A stretch of DNA of 64,000 nt, taken from contig JBHGNT010000018.1 of assembly GCA_043228905.1 (NCBI GenBank), forward strand, positions 124,001 to 188,000, read 5' to 3'. A model generated the notes under the pieces. It ran no database searches and was not told the origin of the DNA. It saw only the letters and a program-made list of their open reading frames with translations. Position 1 is the stretch's first letter. The number at the start of each line of letters is the position of its first letter. Shown here piece by piece: positions 34,656-48,763 of this stretch. A program made the translations under genes and the position numbers. The stretch is from Azolla caroliniana. Its lineage: Eukaryota > Plantae > Polypodiophyta.

Positions 34656-37600
34656 ATGATGGCAGGTCGACCTGGAAGTCCCACTACAGCAAGCAACAAC
34701 GCAAATCTTGTAAGATCACTTCCTTTTTATGTTTATCCTGTTTGTTGAACCTAAAGAAAAATTTGCCTTCATTCTTTTTGATGTGTTTACATGCTGCAAA
34801 TATTTATAAAATAATCCTGAGCTTAATGTAGAATTTTCTTCTAAATTTCAATAGCTTTGTGGAATTTTTGTTTTCACTTTTGACATGACAATTGAAAATT
34901 TATATAGAATAAACAAAATTGGACTGACATATAGAGGTTTTTTTACGTGGAATTCCTGTAATTGTTTGGTATTTACCCTATTATTTTGTTCATGAAATAG
35001 TGTCCATTTAACACTAAAGAATTAGCTTCTGAGAAAAATGCGCCTGCTGCAATTAGTTATAAAATGAATCTCGTGATTAATGTAATTTTTTAGCTAAATT
35101 CCGATAACATTGTGGGAGTTTTGTTTTCTACTTTCAACATGTCATCTGGAAAATGTATATAGAAGAAACAAAATTGGACTGAATTCCTGTAATTGTTTGA
35201 TATTTACACTATTAGTTTCTTCATAGAAGGGAAACCTAGGGCAATGCATGAACAACATTTTCCTGAACATCATTAATGATCTGATGCATACCTCTTCTAT
35301 TGTAGGTAGGAAATGCTTTTGTGATGCAATATTACAATGTCCTCCATCAGTCTCCACATGTCGTGCATCGATTTTACACCGATCAGAGCAAGCTATCTTG
35401 CGCACAAGTGGGAGATAATGCTGATATGGTTGCAACACAGGATGTAAGTTTCTCTATATATCTTTTATAGTGAGGTGTTAAGTATTGAATCCAGTGTTCA
35501 TAAATAGATCACTTGATCTATAGTTTCATGATTTAGTTTACGTTATTTCTAGAAGCCTATATTTGAGTGCTTACCATTTTTTGTATGATTATAGTACTCC
35601 TGTCAAATGAAAAATATTTCTTATTATGTAACTAGAAAATGCTTAAGTGATGATAATGTATGGTCTCTAATTCAATTTTGTCTATGCGGCTTGACTTCAA
35701 CTTCCAGATTTGTTTTCTTTACAATTTAGTGTCTTCCATTTTGACTGCAGAAAATTCATGAAATGATCATGTCAATGGATTTTGGAGGCATTAGGGCGGA
35801 AATCAAAACTGTTGATTCTCAAGAATCCTTGAGTGGTAGTGTATTGGTGATGGTTACTGGTTTGCTTACTAGCCCAGATGGCCCAGTGCGCAATTTTGTC
35901 CGGACATTTTTCCTGGCACCTCAGGAAAGAGGATATTTCGTATTGAATGATATCTTCAGATATTTGAATGGTGAACCAGTAACTCGGGTAGAGCTAGTAG
36001 CTGAGACTACCCCCAAAACTCATGCTATTGCAGAGACAATTGATACAGGTAACGGAACATATATTAAACTAGCTAGCGCTTTGGCTAAGCACCAATGTTG
36101 TTGAGTGTTGCATATACTATGTACGGTTTTATTGTTGTGCATAGAATGCAAGTTTTGATTAAGTGTATAACCTTTAACATGGCCATAGTTTGGGTGAGTT
36201 GTGTATAATATACATCTGAATGATTACAGTGGAATCTCCGAAAGCTAACACAGATGAAGCTGTTATAGACACTATTCCTGAGGAGGGAGTGCATACTGAC
36301 GATAATTATGAACATGTGGAAGAAGTTGAGGTATTTTCTACTAGAGAGGCGCCACTGGAAGAGAATGCAACTCCTATTTCTATTCACCATCATGATGCAG
36401 TTGTAAAGCAGCCAGAAGAGCAGCTGGCAACCACTTATGAAGAGGAAAATTCCAGTGGGATTGGAACTGTAAAGCTGTCATATGCTTCAATTGTAAGTTA
36501 CATCCCATTTTCCCTTTTTGCACTCAATAGGCTCATTTGATTCTTATCCTTAGTTGCAAGCAAGTATTTTAAATAATTGATAGGAAATGTGAAAAGTGTT
36601 TAAGGTGTTCCTATTGTATATCTAGCTTCGAGCTCGTAGTGAAGGCTCAGACGCATCTTTGGTAGCTCGTCCAGCTCCCCAACGCAAAGTTACTCCAGTG
36701 CAAAGTGTACCTGTCGTTTCAGCAACTCAAGCAGCTTCTGTAAGGCCTTCAATTCCCTCAGAGGAAAGTGCTGCTGAGATTGGAGGTATTTAACATCTTA
36801 TTTGATGTTTTATTGGGGTCTCATAATTCATCTTATTTTGTCTTTCACTGGTTTCTTATCTTGTTTTATATGCTGTCTGTCATGCCAAATTAACTCATGA
36901 GTCTGCCTTTTAAGGTGATGGGAAATCCATATATGCCAAGAATCTACCTTTGAACATAAGACTAGAAGAGCTGGAAATGGAGTTCCAGAAGTTTGGAAAT
37001 TTAAAGCCTGGTGGTGTGAATCTCAGAAATCAGAAGGTGCGCTTCCCTCGTATTTCAAATCAAGTTTATGACATATTGATTCTTTTGGAACCTCAAAATC
37101 TGAATCACAGAGGTTCACATAATGCTGTAGGGTATAATATTGTAGGTTAGGTAATTTAAAATGTCTGAATTCTGCACGACTAATATTATCGTTGTTTCAT
37201 CTTACTTCTGATTAATACAACCTTACCTCAGTGTGTTTTTATATTGATGTAGTAAAATATATAATTTACTATCAGATCATGTGTAAATTTATAGAAATGT
37301 TGATTGGTTTATTTTACACAATAAAAGACACATGTCAAAGCACAAATGTAATTATGCTTCCCCAATGATGAATTTTTACTCTGCACAAGTGAAGCGACAT
37401 TTCATGGAGTAAATGTTTGATTTTCTGAATGATAATATTTATTCAGCAAGGAGTGTGTTTTGCGTTTATTGAATTCGAAGATTCAACCTCTGCCCAAAGT
37501 GCCATTGAGGTAACACACAATTAAAAATATGAGAATCATGCAACCCACATATGTGCTGGTATTTGTGACTCTTAATATACATTCAAATTTGCACAAATTG

Positions 37601-38018
37601 CAGGCTTCTCCTATTATTATTGGTGGGCGACAAATCTATGTAGAAGAGAGAAAATTTACACCGTCGGGATCTATTGGTGGGTTGGATGGAGTTTTGTTCT
37701 TTGGTTACAACTTGTGCAAAATTTTACTTGTTCATTTCATTCTGAGACTTCGTTTATTTGTCGCATGCAAACATTTTACTTCTTTTAAAAAATTCAAGCC
37801 TAAGATTTTGTTTGCTATGATTCTCTTTTTCAACTCCAGCTGGCAGGGGGCGTCCAAACCAAGGTCGTGGTTATCAGAATGATGGTAGAGGCAGGGGCCA
37901 CTTCGGAGGTCGAAGTGGTGGTGGTGGACGTGGGTATAATAACACAAATGGATATCGAAGAGGTGATGATAATACAGGAAACATTCCAAATGCATCAAGA
38001 AGGGTTGCTGCAAATTGA
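34656..38018 (+). CDS. G3BP: NTF2-RRM-RGG protein (G3BP-like, stress-granule nucleator family), 9 coding exons
   Basis: Exons 34656-34709, 35306-35443 (VGNAFVMQYYNVLHQSPHVVHRFY), 35751-36048 (IKTVDSQESLSGSVLVMVTG..RTFFLAPQERGYFVLNDIFRY), 36230-36492 (..KLSYASI), 36626-36785, 36915-37036 (SIYAKNLP), 37447-37509 (GVCFAFIEF), 37604-37676 and 37840-38018 (RG/GRG-rich tail). A non-coding first exon probably ends near 33627. Confidence 0.92.
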
Positions 38019-38839
38019 ATAGCATTAAACAAATATCTGAAAGTTGCGGTGAGGTACATATTACTTCAGATTTGGCCATGCGTGAGAATTTTATCAGTTT
38101 TGTTGTTGAAGGTTCTGCATGGTTGGGACTTATTGCTGGCATCAGAGTAGAGGACCACACTTGCTTCACGTCTCTCAAATTGCGGAATAATAAAATTATA
38201 ACATTGAATATGAAGAGATTGTTATTAGCATTGAATGTGAGGAGAGATTACTATTAGCATTTTATTGACAACTTTTACTGGTACCGTTTGTTTGTGTCTT
38301 GATGCTGCGAACCCTGTGTTTCTGCATGTCTTTGTTTATGTTGCAAATTAGAATGTGAATTTGGCAGACATAGTAGAATGGTTCAGACCCTCAATAAAAT
38401 TGTTCTGATAGTAACTTGAGTTTGATGAACAAAGGTCTGATTTGATCAACAGCTACTTGGTTTTCATCAATCCAAGCTTTTCCATCTATATTCTAGTTCA
38501 AGTCCAGTTTCTCTATTGTGTTTAAATGTAGGTTTTATTAGGAGCACTACATGCCATTAATCAATCCTGAACTTCACTTTTACTACCTACGGTGTCAATA
38601 GAAAGTTTAGTGCGAAATTTCCTTCTCGTAGGTATTTATTTGCTTCATAAGTGATTTCTATACCCATCACCGTTTCTTATGACTTACTAATACGGACAAT
38701 AAGTTGGTAGGGTGGGTTTTTCCATTTGGACAATATCAGTGCTGAGAGGTGTTTCTGTATATGACTAACCTTTTCTATTTGATGAGAGGGATTCAAGAGG
38801 TCTACAGATTATGTTGATAATTGTCATATTCCAAGCAAT

Positions 38840-39005
38840 GTCATTTGTTGCAAGTTTGTTTAGGCAGAACCTGAAGCTTGGCATGCCTCTACCAAACCAG
38901 GACCAACACAGCTCTGAGTTGCACATTCAAATGTTGCAAGTTTGATTAGGCAGAACATGAAGCTTAGCGTGCCTCTACGAAATCAGGACCAGCACATGAT
39001 TCAAG
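38840..39005. repeat. ~85-bp imperfect direct duplication
   Basis: TGTTGCAAGTTTG.TTAGGCAGAAC.TGAAGCTT.GC.TGCCTCTAC.AAA.CAGGACCA.CACA occurs twice. Confidence 0.75.
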
Positions 39006-39505
39006 TATATGCATATTTTCCAAACCAGGGCCAGTGCATGCTCCAATCACACCAGTACACATACCTATTAAGAGTGGCGTTAATACAAGCTATAACATTG
39101 GGAGTATACACATGCTTCCAAGATTCATAGTACACTATGGGAAATTTGCCCCTTTGTCCCCCTAGTACATACAGTACAGTGCTCTCTCTATACATGCTGT
39201 AGATATTGAGAATATATTACGCATGCTACAGAGATTCTGAAAGTATGGTTGCCATGCATAGATATGCACATTTGGAGCATTGCGGATACTAGAGACATGG
39301 ACACAGTATCTTAATAACAATGATGGTGTCCACATCTGCTGGCATGTGATTTTTGAATGTGAAGTAAGGTCCTTGTAAATAGGTAAAGCCAGGTTCTCCT
39401 ATTATACAACAACAAGGACAATTAGTTCCATTACTGACTGAACACACTGGATTCTCCTTCAACCTATGTTGCTGCTGATGATTGCCACGCATAGATATAG
39501 ACATT

Positions 39506-39785
39506 TGGAGCATTGCACATGCTACAGACATGGAGAAAAACTTCCACCTATGTTGCTGCCTGATGCACCCCATATGTGGAAAATATTTGCTTGGATGTTA
39601 GACATCTGGAAAGGTTGGTTGCCATCTTGATGCATCAGATTTCATAATTCGAGCATTGTGCATGCTACAGACATGGAGAAAAACTTCCACCTATGTTACT
39701 GCCTGATGCACACCATATGGGGAATATTAGCATGGATGCAATTTGGAATGTTTGATTGCCATCTAGATGCATCAGATTTCATAAC
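39506..39785. repeat. ~140-bp direct duplication between the convergent G3BP and RRM genes
   Basis: GAGCATTG..CATGCTACAGACATGGAGAAAAACTTCCACCTATGTT.CTGCCTGATGCAC...TTGCCATCT.GATGCATCAGATTTCATAA at about 39508 and 39652. Confidence 0.8.
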
Positions 39786-40599
39786 ACTTTTAAGCCTAAT
39801 GGTATCTCAGAAGATTATTTAGGTTATTTCACTCAATATTGTAGTGCTGAAGCCTCATGAATCAAAGACCACCGAACTGCACATATGACTCATTAAATAT
39901 GGCTTTTCATACGATTCAATGGAAACTAATGAATTGACTCTCTTTCCTTCACTTCAACCTTAATGATCACATTTACTTGTGCAGTTCGAATTACGAATGT
40001 TCACAACAAAAATTCCACTGAATCTCCATAATCATAGTCTGAAACAAAAAATTTCTGTTCTGGGTAAGAGTCTGGGTAAACTCAACTTACTGGGACTAAA
40101 TCCAAATTATTGCTCAAAACATCCACAAAAAATATCCCAAACGCAGTGCAAGTTCTCATTGAAAACCCAAAAAAACACATACATCAAAGGTTCTTTATAC
40201 AAATTTTGAACAATCTGAAAGTAGAATATGATCTTTCAAAACATCAATCAAGCTGAACATGTTTTGGAGAATGAATTGTGTGAACGATTTGCAATTCCAA
40301 TTTAACACCTCAGACACACAAATAGAATGCTGAATTCAGCTTGGTATCTTGATTTAATGGAAGAGATGGTTTCCTTGTGAGTTTTTCTAAGAGAACGCAG
40401 AATTCAGCTAACTGATATTGCCAGAAAAGTTTAGTCCAGGCAGTGCTAGATAGTGTATACAATATTACAAACCTAAGTGACAAAAGTTAAAGAAAATGCG
40501 TCATTACTAACATCATTATCAGACACTCTAAGCAGGCAAGTAGCACATATCTGAACAAGTGCCATGCTGAGTGATGCAATCCAAATATATTTTAATGAA

Positions 40600-43500
40600 T
40601 CAATATGGCCTATAACGTGGCTCCATCTTTGAAGAACTTGTCGGCAAGGAATCATACATCCCCCACTGCAACAAAAACAGAACACAAAGATTAAGTCATG
40701 AATCAAAATCCAATAAGATTAAAAAAATTAAGACTCAAACCTGAGACTATATATCTCAAGTATGGAATAAACATAATCAAATTTAAGATTGAAAATTTAT
40801 TACTCCAGGTACTCACCGGATTTGTAAAATCACAGCTACCAGAGAGAGAACTGAAACCAGCATTACTAGATTCAGACATATTGCTACCCCTGATAGGTCC
40901 AGGACCACCTTCCCTGCTTCCAGAACCCATCATATTACGATTGTAGAAGGCCCCTGCACTAGGAGCCTCACCAACTGGAGCAGCTTGATCTATAGCCAAC
41001 TAGAGAAGAAAAAATAGAAAAAAATTAACTTCATGAGATCTATATATTTGTCCTCGAATCTCATATATTTTTAACGAAACTAGAATTACAATTTGTCCTC
41101 GAATCTCATGTGTTCGTGAAACAACCAGATCAACTGCTCTTTCTTCAGCAAACGTAACAAACGCAAACCCTCGGTGTGCTGTTTTGTCCTTGTCCTAAAA
41201 AAAGAGTTGGTAAAAATAATGATCATTGAAAACAATGATGGCTATTCCATCTTTGAAATATAAATGATCTAAGTGGACGTTCATAAAGAAATCATATCTT
41301 GGTTGACTCTAGAAAAATGGTGATAATTATTCTACCTTTGGAAGATAAACATCTAAAATGAGGCCAAATTTGCTAAAATATGACCGCACTTCGTCAGTTG
41401 TAGCCTCTAATGGTAATCTTCCAATGAAAATTTTATTTCCTCTGTGTCTGGTAGAGAGTGATGAACCACCTGCACCTTTACCATGGTAACTAGATTCTGC
41501 TTTATGTTCTAACCCTGCAGATCTTTTTCCAGAAGAGGTTTGCATTCTAAAAGGATTGCCATGTGCTCCTGAACCCCCCATATAACCAGGGTATTCAAAA
41601 TGTGGCATTTGAGGCATACCAAAAAACCCTAGTTGGGCTGCTGCATTTAGATAACTATTGAAAACACCATATGGAAGAGCATGCTTATCAGCATTTTTCT
41701 CTCTCTCTACTTCTTCCTGCTCCAGAACAACATATGAATCAATGATGAGCACACATATAATGATGGTGGATACCATAATTGAACTTCTAAAGAAAATTGA
41801 AATATACCTTTGGAGTTGCCCGATCTACAGCAATCGTAGCCCCACCCAACTGATGGGTCTCAGACATGATTTTATCTACAGAATCTGTGAAGCAAGAGAT
41901 ATTTGTCATATCACGATTCAGAATTTTAAACACTGCTATACTGGCTTCCCTAGTACTGAAAACTCAGATATCAATCCTATAGAAATGTAGTCCTTGCCTG
42001 CATCCTCGAATGTCACAAATCCTATCCCTCGGTGAGAATGTGAACCTTTATCCTGTAAAAACACAAGGCCAGTAGACACGCCGTTAAACAGCACAAACAT
42101 AAGTTTAGCATACATCATATTCTAAAATTTTCAAACACCTCTACATCAGATTGAGGATGCAAGAAGCAAACCTTGGGCATATAAGCATCGGTTATGACTC
42201 CAAACTTCTCAAAATAACTGAACAAAAGCCCAATAGTGAAACATGTCATGGTGTGCTTATCAACATTATGCATATAATCAGGACATCCATATACCTTTTG
42301 AATGTCTCATCAGTTACAGTTAAAGGAACCCTAGCTACAAAGATCCTACTGCTCTTTTTTGAAGGGGGGGGCTGCTGTATGGCTTCCTGTTACTTCAAAA
42401 ATTCTTCCATGATACAGCGCCAAAACATATACATTCATCAAAATTCCTAGAAAGTCATGAAGCTCACCTTGGGTGTTGCTATTTTTACATCTAGCATCCT
42501 TCCATTGAGAAAGTGGCTTGATCCTAGTGCTTTCTTTATTAACTCAACAAATGAGAATGGAAATCAATGCATTTTCTTTCTTCATATCTCAAAAGAACTT
42601 AACTTACTTCAGCACTCTCTGATGATGCAAATGTTACATAACCAAAGCCACGTGAACGACCAGTTACTCGATCCTGTAAAATGCAATGTTTGGACTAATT
42701 AGCATGAGCATGTTATAATAGCTTCCATAAAACCAGCATCTGATTTTGTGGACAAAATAAGATCTGCAAGATTGAAGCTAATGGAGAGAACATGAAACTA
42801 GCTCCTCCTTTATAGACATTTCCTTACCTTCATGACAATGACATCAGAAAGTTCTCCATACTTGCTCATGAATTGCCTCAAACCTTCAGTGTCAACATCC
42901 CACGGTATTCCTAGAACCTATACCAACATTATGTTAAATGCAATATCTCAGAAGCAGTTCTAATATATGCTAAAGAGGTCACAAAACCAAATGAACATAT
43001 AGGGCAATAAAAACATTGTAGAATTAATTTTTGTGGAATCTGAAAGATAGTTCATAATTTCCTAATAAAACCATCACAATAAAAATGAATCAATATTTTT
43101 TAATCTAGACATTAACCTCAGGCTGAGAATACTGATGAATTTACTCGTTAATTAAGTACCATCTCCACTTTCATGATCACTGAATGAAGGTTAAAAATAG
43201 AACAGTCCATTTGGTGTTTGTGTTAGACACTTCACTATTAGATTGGGCAAATACAATGGTTCTCATTTGTTTATACAACAAATTATAGACCTCTGCGACT
43301 TCAAATGTTATCTGTAGAACTTCTTTGGTTTTGGAGACATCTACCTTGGCTGTTAGAGTGTGAAACACACAATACTGCCCAACCTTCCATCTCTCTTATA
43401 CGCTGATTCAAACAGTAGTACCACCATATGTTAGTTGGTCAACAAATCCACAGATTTGGGTCATTATCTTCTCTTTCAGCATAAACACAATGACTCAAAT

Positions 43501-45762
43501 CACCACACTCGAAGGACCCTCAACTTGTTGGTGTCTTTGTCAATTATTTCTTCATTAAAAAATCTATCTTGAATTGCATCCAATAGTACACTAATCAATA
43601 TATTGATTGATGCAGAAAATATGATCAAAATGGATTTTAAGGATTTCAAATTAGGAAAGAAAATTTATGGCTATATTGCATGTGGAACTCAAATATATCA
43701 TGTGAACTTTCAAAATGAAAAGCATCAGCAACAACACAAGTTTGGCATTGCTTTGAAAAGCATCATGCTTGCACAAACGCAATCTCAGAGTCTCAATACT
43801 TCTTATGTGATCCCCTGAAATACCTTAAATGTGGTTCAATATTTACCCATTCAGGCATAGCAAGCATCCTGCGAAAGTTCCCATCATGAAGTAAAGTGGT
43901 TCAATATTTATGCCATTCAAGAAGATACACATCCATCAAGGATTGAAATGTCCATTTACTATATGTCTCCCCACTTTATTAAGGAGAATTATTTGTTTGA
44001 CAGCTCCAACGATCATAGAATCATCCATTTTTCCTCCCCAAGGTATCGTCTATTAAAAAAAACTAGTTGACTATCTTTCGAATAGCTAGACTCAATATTG
44101 ACCTGATTATTCCAGAAGGATAACCCCTTCTCCTCCTGAAGATATGTATGTGACTTCAAATAATCTAGGTTATATTCCCTATGGAAAATCCCAAGAATAA
44201 GACCAATTCATGAAGGTACGGATTCTAAGTTTATCCAACAATTCCTACATTATTGCTCCAAATTTCTGTATGTGTGTGTACATTTACAAATGTGATCAAT
44301 GAAACAGTTTTTACATTTATACATAGAAACAAAAGACATCATGATTGTAAAATCTTTCAGAATTTTTGGCCACTATGAAGAAGCACTGTGAGAATATTTA
44401 TACTACAGACATACAGTATTGCTTCTCATTCATATAGGCAATGTGATAACTAGCATATTCTCAACTGAGATCATAAAAGCGTTTAGATGTTGTGCATACA
44501 TTCTGTGAATATAGTGGACATGCAACCAATGAGGCTAAGATCAAAGTCGTGGTGATAAGCACCATCGTAACTGAAAGTCAGCATCCTGTAGTTGTACTAT
44601 GAAGAGGGGGAATTGAAGTGTTCATAGAGTTGTAGGACCCACACAAAGTGATATACCTAGTCAACACACTTGAAGCAATGTCAAATCTGAAAGTCAGCAA
44701 CCTGTAGTGTACTATGAAGAGGAATCAATTGAAGTTGTTTACAGTTTCAAATACCTTAGTGTTGACATAGCTCATCAACAAAATTGAAACTAGTGTCTCC
44801 CTAGGAGAATGGAGGTTGACATATCCCACTACTACGAATTTGAGAACATACATCGCTTGAGCACAAAACAAAGATTAGTGAGATAGCCTTTGATGCGTAT
44901 GCATTGCAAAGTCTGCTTTATGGAGCTCGGGTTTGGAGAGGCAGTAATTCAATATGTTCATTGAGAAATAATGCAAAAGAAATTTATATGCCATCATTTA
45001 GGGATTAAGAGCACAATTCACTTCATAGTTTACAAATACATATTGGCAGTAAGGACAACTTTAAAAAACAAAACCATCTCGCCAAAGTTGCATCAGAATG
45101 TGGATGCTTACAACGCAAACCCAGAACTGGATCTAAGACATCCGCAAATGGTTTGCAAGTTGGCGTGATGATGAATATCTGGGCATGCAAGTGGAGGAAA
45201 AGAACGTGAATCTAGCCTATGCTTTATTCAACCACATCGGAAGCCTTTCATACAAACTTAAAACAACAAGATAGATTCAAGTACAATTGCAGCCACATTA
45301 ATAGTCAACATTGGAAAATTTACCAAGCGCAACTGGTAGATATCCAAGCTTACACCCTGAACCCATGCAATGATGCACTGAGCACATACATACATTTATG
45401 TTTAAAATAGAAACTGGGGGTTGGCTGAATGTTGAGCAGAAAAAATAGAATATCAATGAAGCAGAGAGAGAAGAGAGGATCACTTTCCCACCTTACAAAT
45501 GAGATATCAGGCACGATTTCCATGAGTTCCGAGGGGATTGTGCAAGCTTTCTAAAGGTCCTAAACAAGGACGGAATATTGCTGATGACACAAGGAATGTT
45601 CATTGCTTGTCAACCCAAACATAGAACCAAACTCATGGAAGAGATGCAAACAGTGCAATTTAGAGGCAAAATTTGTTTTTCACTTTCACTGTTCATGTTT
45701 TTTCTGTTTTTTACTATGGTGTGGCATGTTTAGCCTCAAGTGGATGCCAATATATCATCTTC

Positions 45763-45811
<49 letters not shown>

Positions 45812-45909
45812 ACATATAAACACAAATAGAAAAGATGTGGAAGAAGCATATTATAACGTACCACCAATTTCCTGTTTCCCAAAGCCACGGGAGTGTCGCT
45901 GTCAGACAT
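40600..45909 (-). CDS. Three-RRM RNA-binding protein (At4g36960-like, hnRNP A/B-related), 12 exons
   Basis: Exons 45909-45862 (MSDSDTPVALGNRKLV), 42917-42828 (VLGIPWDVDTEGLRQFMSKYGELSDVIVMK), 42673-42608 (DRVTGRSRGFGYVTF), 42533-42468, ~42386-42295 (RIFVARVP), ~42217-42172, 42052-41998 (HRGIGFVTF; GC donor), 41884-41808 (VDRATPK), ~41716-41336 (NKIFIGRLP), ~41194-41090 (HRGFAFVTF), 40999-40817 and 40665-40600 (..RYRPY*, PY-NLS-like). Confidence 0.92.
45768..45810. repeat. (CT)n microsatellite in RRM intron 1
   Basis: Read directly from the sequence. Confidence 0.9.
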
Positions 45910-46289
45910 GATCTACAGACTCCTTGCCTGCCTCTCTTTCCTCTCCCCTCTTTCCTCCTTCCTCTTCCCTCTCTCTTCTCTTTCTCTTTCTTTTCCTCTC
46001 TCTCCTTCACTCTCTCTCAGGCCTTCATTTTCTCACACCCTCGCTTCCTGCAGAAAAACACACTCACATTTTTCACCTTTTCTTTGATGGAGAGTCCATG
46101 ACTTACTGAGAAGATGACGATGACGATGATGAAGATGAAGATGATGCAGAAGATGAAGACGGATGGGTCGCGATGCGAGACCAACCATGTTTGTCAGGGA
46201 GATCAAAGCTCGATCGATTTGCTGTAGCAGACAAAACCCTCCTCCAATAAGACCTAATATAACACACATATGGTACTGGAATAGAAGAC

Positions 46290-46498
46290 AGAGACATACA
46301 TACATGATACATACATACGTATAGCCCAGTCAGTCATATACATACATACATATGGATCTTTTTTATACATACGTATGTACATACACGAATGCAGAGTATA
46401 TATATGTCTACGAGTATACATACATGCGTATACGTATGGATGTGTCTACCTTGTCTTGCGCTTGCGTATACATTAAGACAGACAGACATACGCATACA

Positions 46499-46529
<31 letters not shown>

Positions 46530-46650
46530 GGATCTTTTATACATACGTATGTATATACACAAATGTAGATAATATGTACGTCTACAAGTATACATGCGTA
46601 TACGTATGTATGTGTCTACCTTGTCTTGCGTATACATTAATTATATATCT
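46290..46650. repeat. (CATA)n / TA-rich tract with a ~170-bp direct duplication
   Basis: CATACATACATATGGATCTTTT..ATACATACGTATGTA..TGTGTCTACCTTGTCTTGCG at about 46340 and 46520. Confidence 0.8.
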
Positions 46651-48763
46651 AAACCATAAAATATCGACACTTACTTTTGGTTGGGCAATGATAATTGCTG
46701 TTACATACATAGGAGGACTCGTGAGGGAGGAGTGGTGGGCACATATATGAGACATTTGAAACCTCGAAAAAGAAAGAAGCCCTGTAGGATCACCCAATTG
46801 TCAACTTACTTTTGTTTCAACTTACTTGTCATAATTCACATGCACTTAAAGCATTTTTGTTGCTTCCACTTTGCATTGAGATTTCTAGTTTCTCTTGCTC
46901 CTCATTGTTGATGGGATGAGAAGCTATCTTGAATGAACCTATTCACAATTATTCACTAGAAGCTTCTACAATCTTATCCACAATCTCACTTGAAACTAGT
47001 CATTATTACTCACCTGTAAATGCATACAATATTTCTTAAAATAGGCCACATCTTTCTCTTGGCACAATGACTTTGCTTTCTTAGTTCCTTTCTAATGAAA
47101 ACCTATTGAATACATTATACATATATGTATGACAAAGTAGAGTTCTCAAATATGACAACAAGATCATCACTCCCATCTTCTTAGACATAACATACCAAAA
47201 TTAGAGGAACATGTCTTTTCGCAACTTGGGTATGCCATAATTGTTTGATTGGTCTATCAGAACACCACAAAAAAGAACACTTAGAAACTCAAAGACTGAG
47301 CAAGATCGCAAATAAGTATGCTCTCTAATATGCAAGATCTTTCGTTCAATGTGAATCCTACACAAATATTTCAAGACCAATAACACCCTACTTACGTGTA
47401 TCCTATAGTGTCAATATTCTAATTCCACAATATTACCTTGTATATCAGATTAGTTGGCTTGGATACATCAACGTGCTTACATTACTAGACTAATCATTTA
47501 TCGAAGAAATTTATGGGAGACCACTTTGGTCTCAAACTAGGTAATGATACCCATATGCTGGTTTTTCATTGATTGTAAATATATTGATTGAAATTTGCTC
47601 ATATTTACATGTAACGTGTGGTACGATGATATGATCGTACAAGAGGTTGACATATATTTGTTTACAGCTAGTTGAGAATTATGTTACAACAAATTCGTCT
47701 TCTGCTTTTTCATAAAGCCTGGCACAATGTTAAGAGCGTACAGATTGCTTTACAATCAAGAATTCTCCTGTTTTTTTTCACAGCATGGTACAATGTTAAG
47801 AGCACATGGATTACTTCACAATCAACCATATGCTCAAAGATGTTTTCTGGATGCTTATTTGGTCACAGACTGTGGATTAATAGGGTTATAGAGGTTAGCT
47901 ACCCTTTCAAGCAATTGGCATTTGTATCTAAAGACTTTAAACGAGCATACAAACTACTCATGATGCGTCATCAAACCCCCGGTATGTTGATGTTGCTTCT
48001 TTCAGTTTATCAGCATCAGCACAACAGTGATAGATTAGGGGTAGTGGAATCTATAACATCCTCTTTACTGATCTTTCGTCTTCCCTAAACATCACTAGGT
48101 ACATTGAACAAGAGTATACACGATGAGTTTCAACACCAAATGGAAAACAGTTAATGTATGTTTACTGGTTAAGAATTAAAAGAACTAACGCAGCAAAGTT
48201 GTACACCTAATAATCAAGATGCTTGGTGCTAAAGAACCCTGAAAGACATGACAGATGACTTTCATAATGTATTCTTATTGCTTAAGAATTAAAAGAACTA
48301 ATGCAGCAAAGTTGTACACTTAGCAATTAAGATACCCTAAGAACTATGACTGATTAGTTTTAACAATTAACACAAGAGACAATCCAAATCATGTCCAATA
48401 ATACATACATTGCATTGAAAGATATTTATTAGAAATGACAATATCCATAAGGGCATAATACACCATCTACGATGTGCAGAAGGACATATTTCCAATGGAA
48501 TAATAACCTGTAAGACTGAATGCTCTGTGTCTCTAAATTCGTTCTTTCCAATGTGTTTGGCTCAGACATACCTGCTATATTTGGTAAGTTACTCTTTCAC
48601 TGTGTGTAAGATCATCCGCATCAACCTAAGATTCACGGCCAGACGTGGTAAATGTGTTTTACTCTGTTTACATTATCCACATCAACGTAAGATTCATCGC
48701 CAAACATGGTAAATACCAGCTCAAAACGAAATCCTGATTCATACAGGCACCAACTGGTTATCT

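Noticed and set aside
45581-45625. CTGATGA followed by a short stem as a hammerhead ribozyme core
   Set aside because: There is no correctly placed GAAA or helix I/III pairing.
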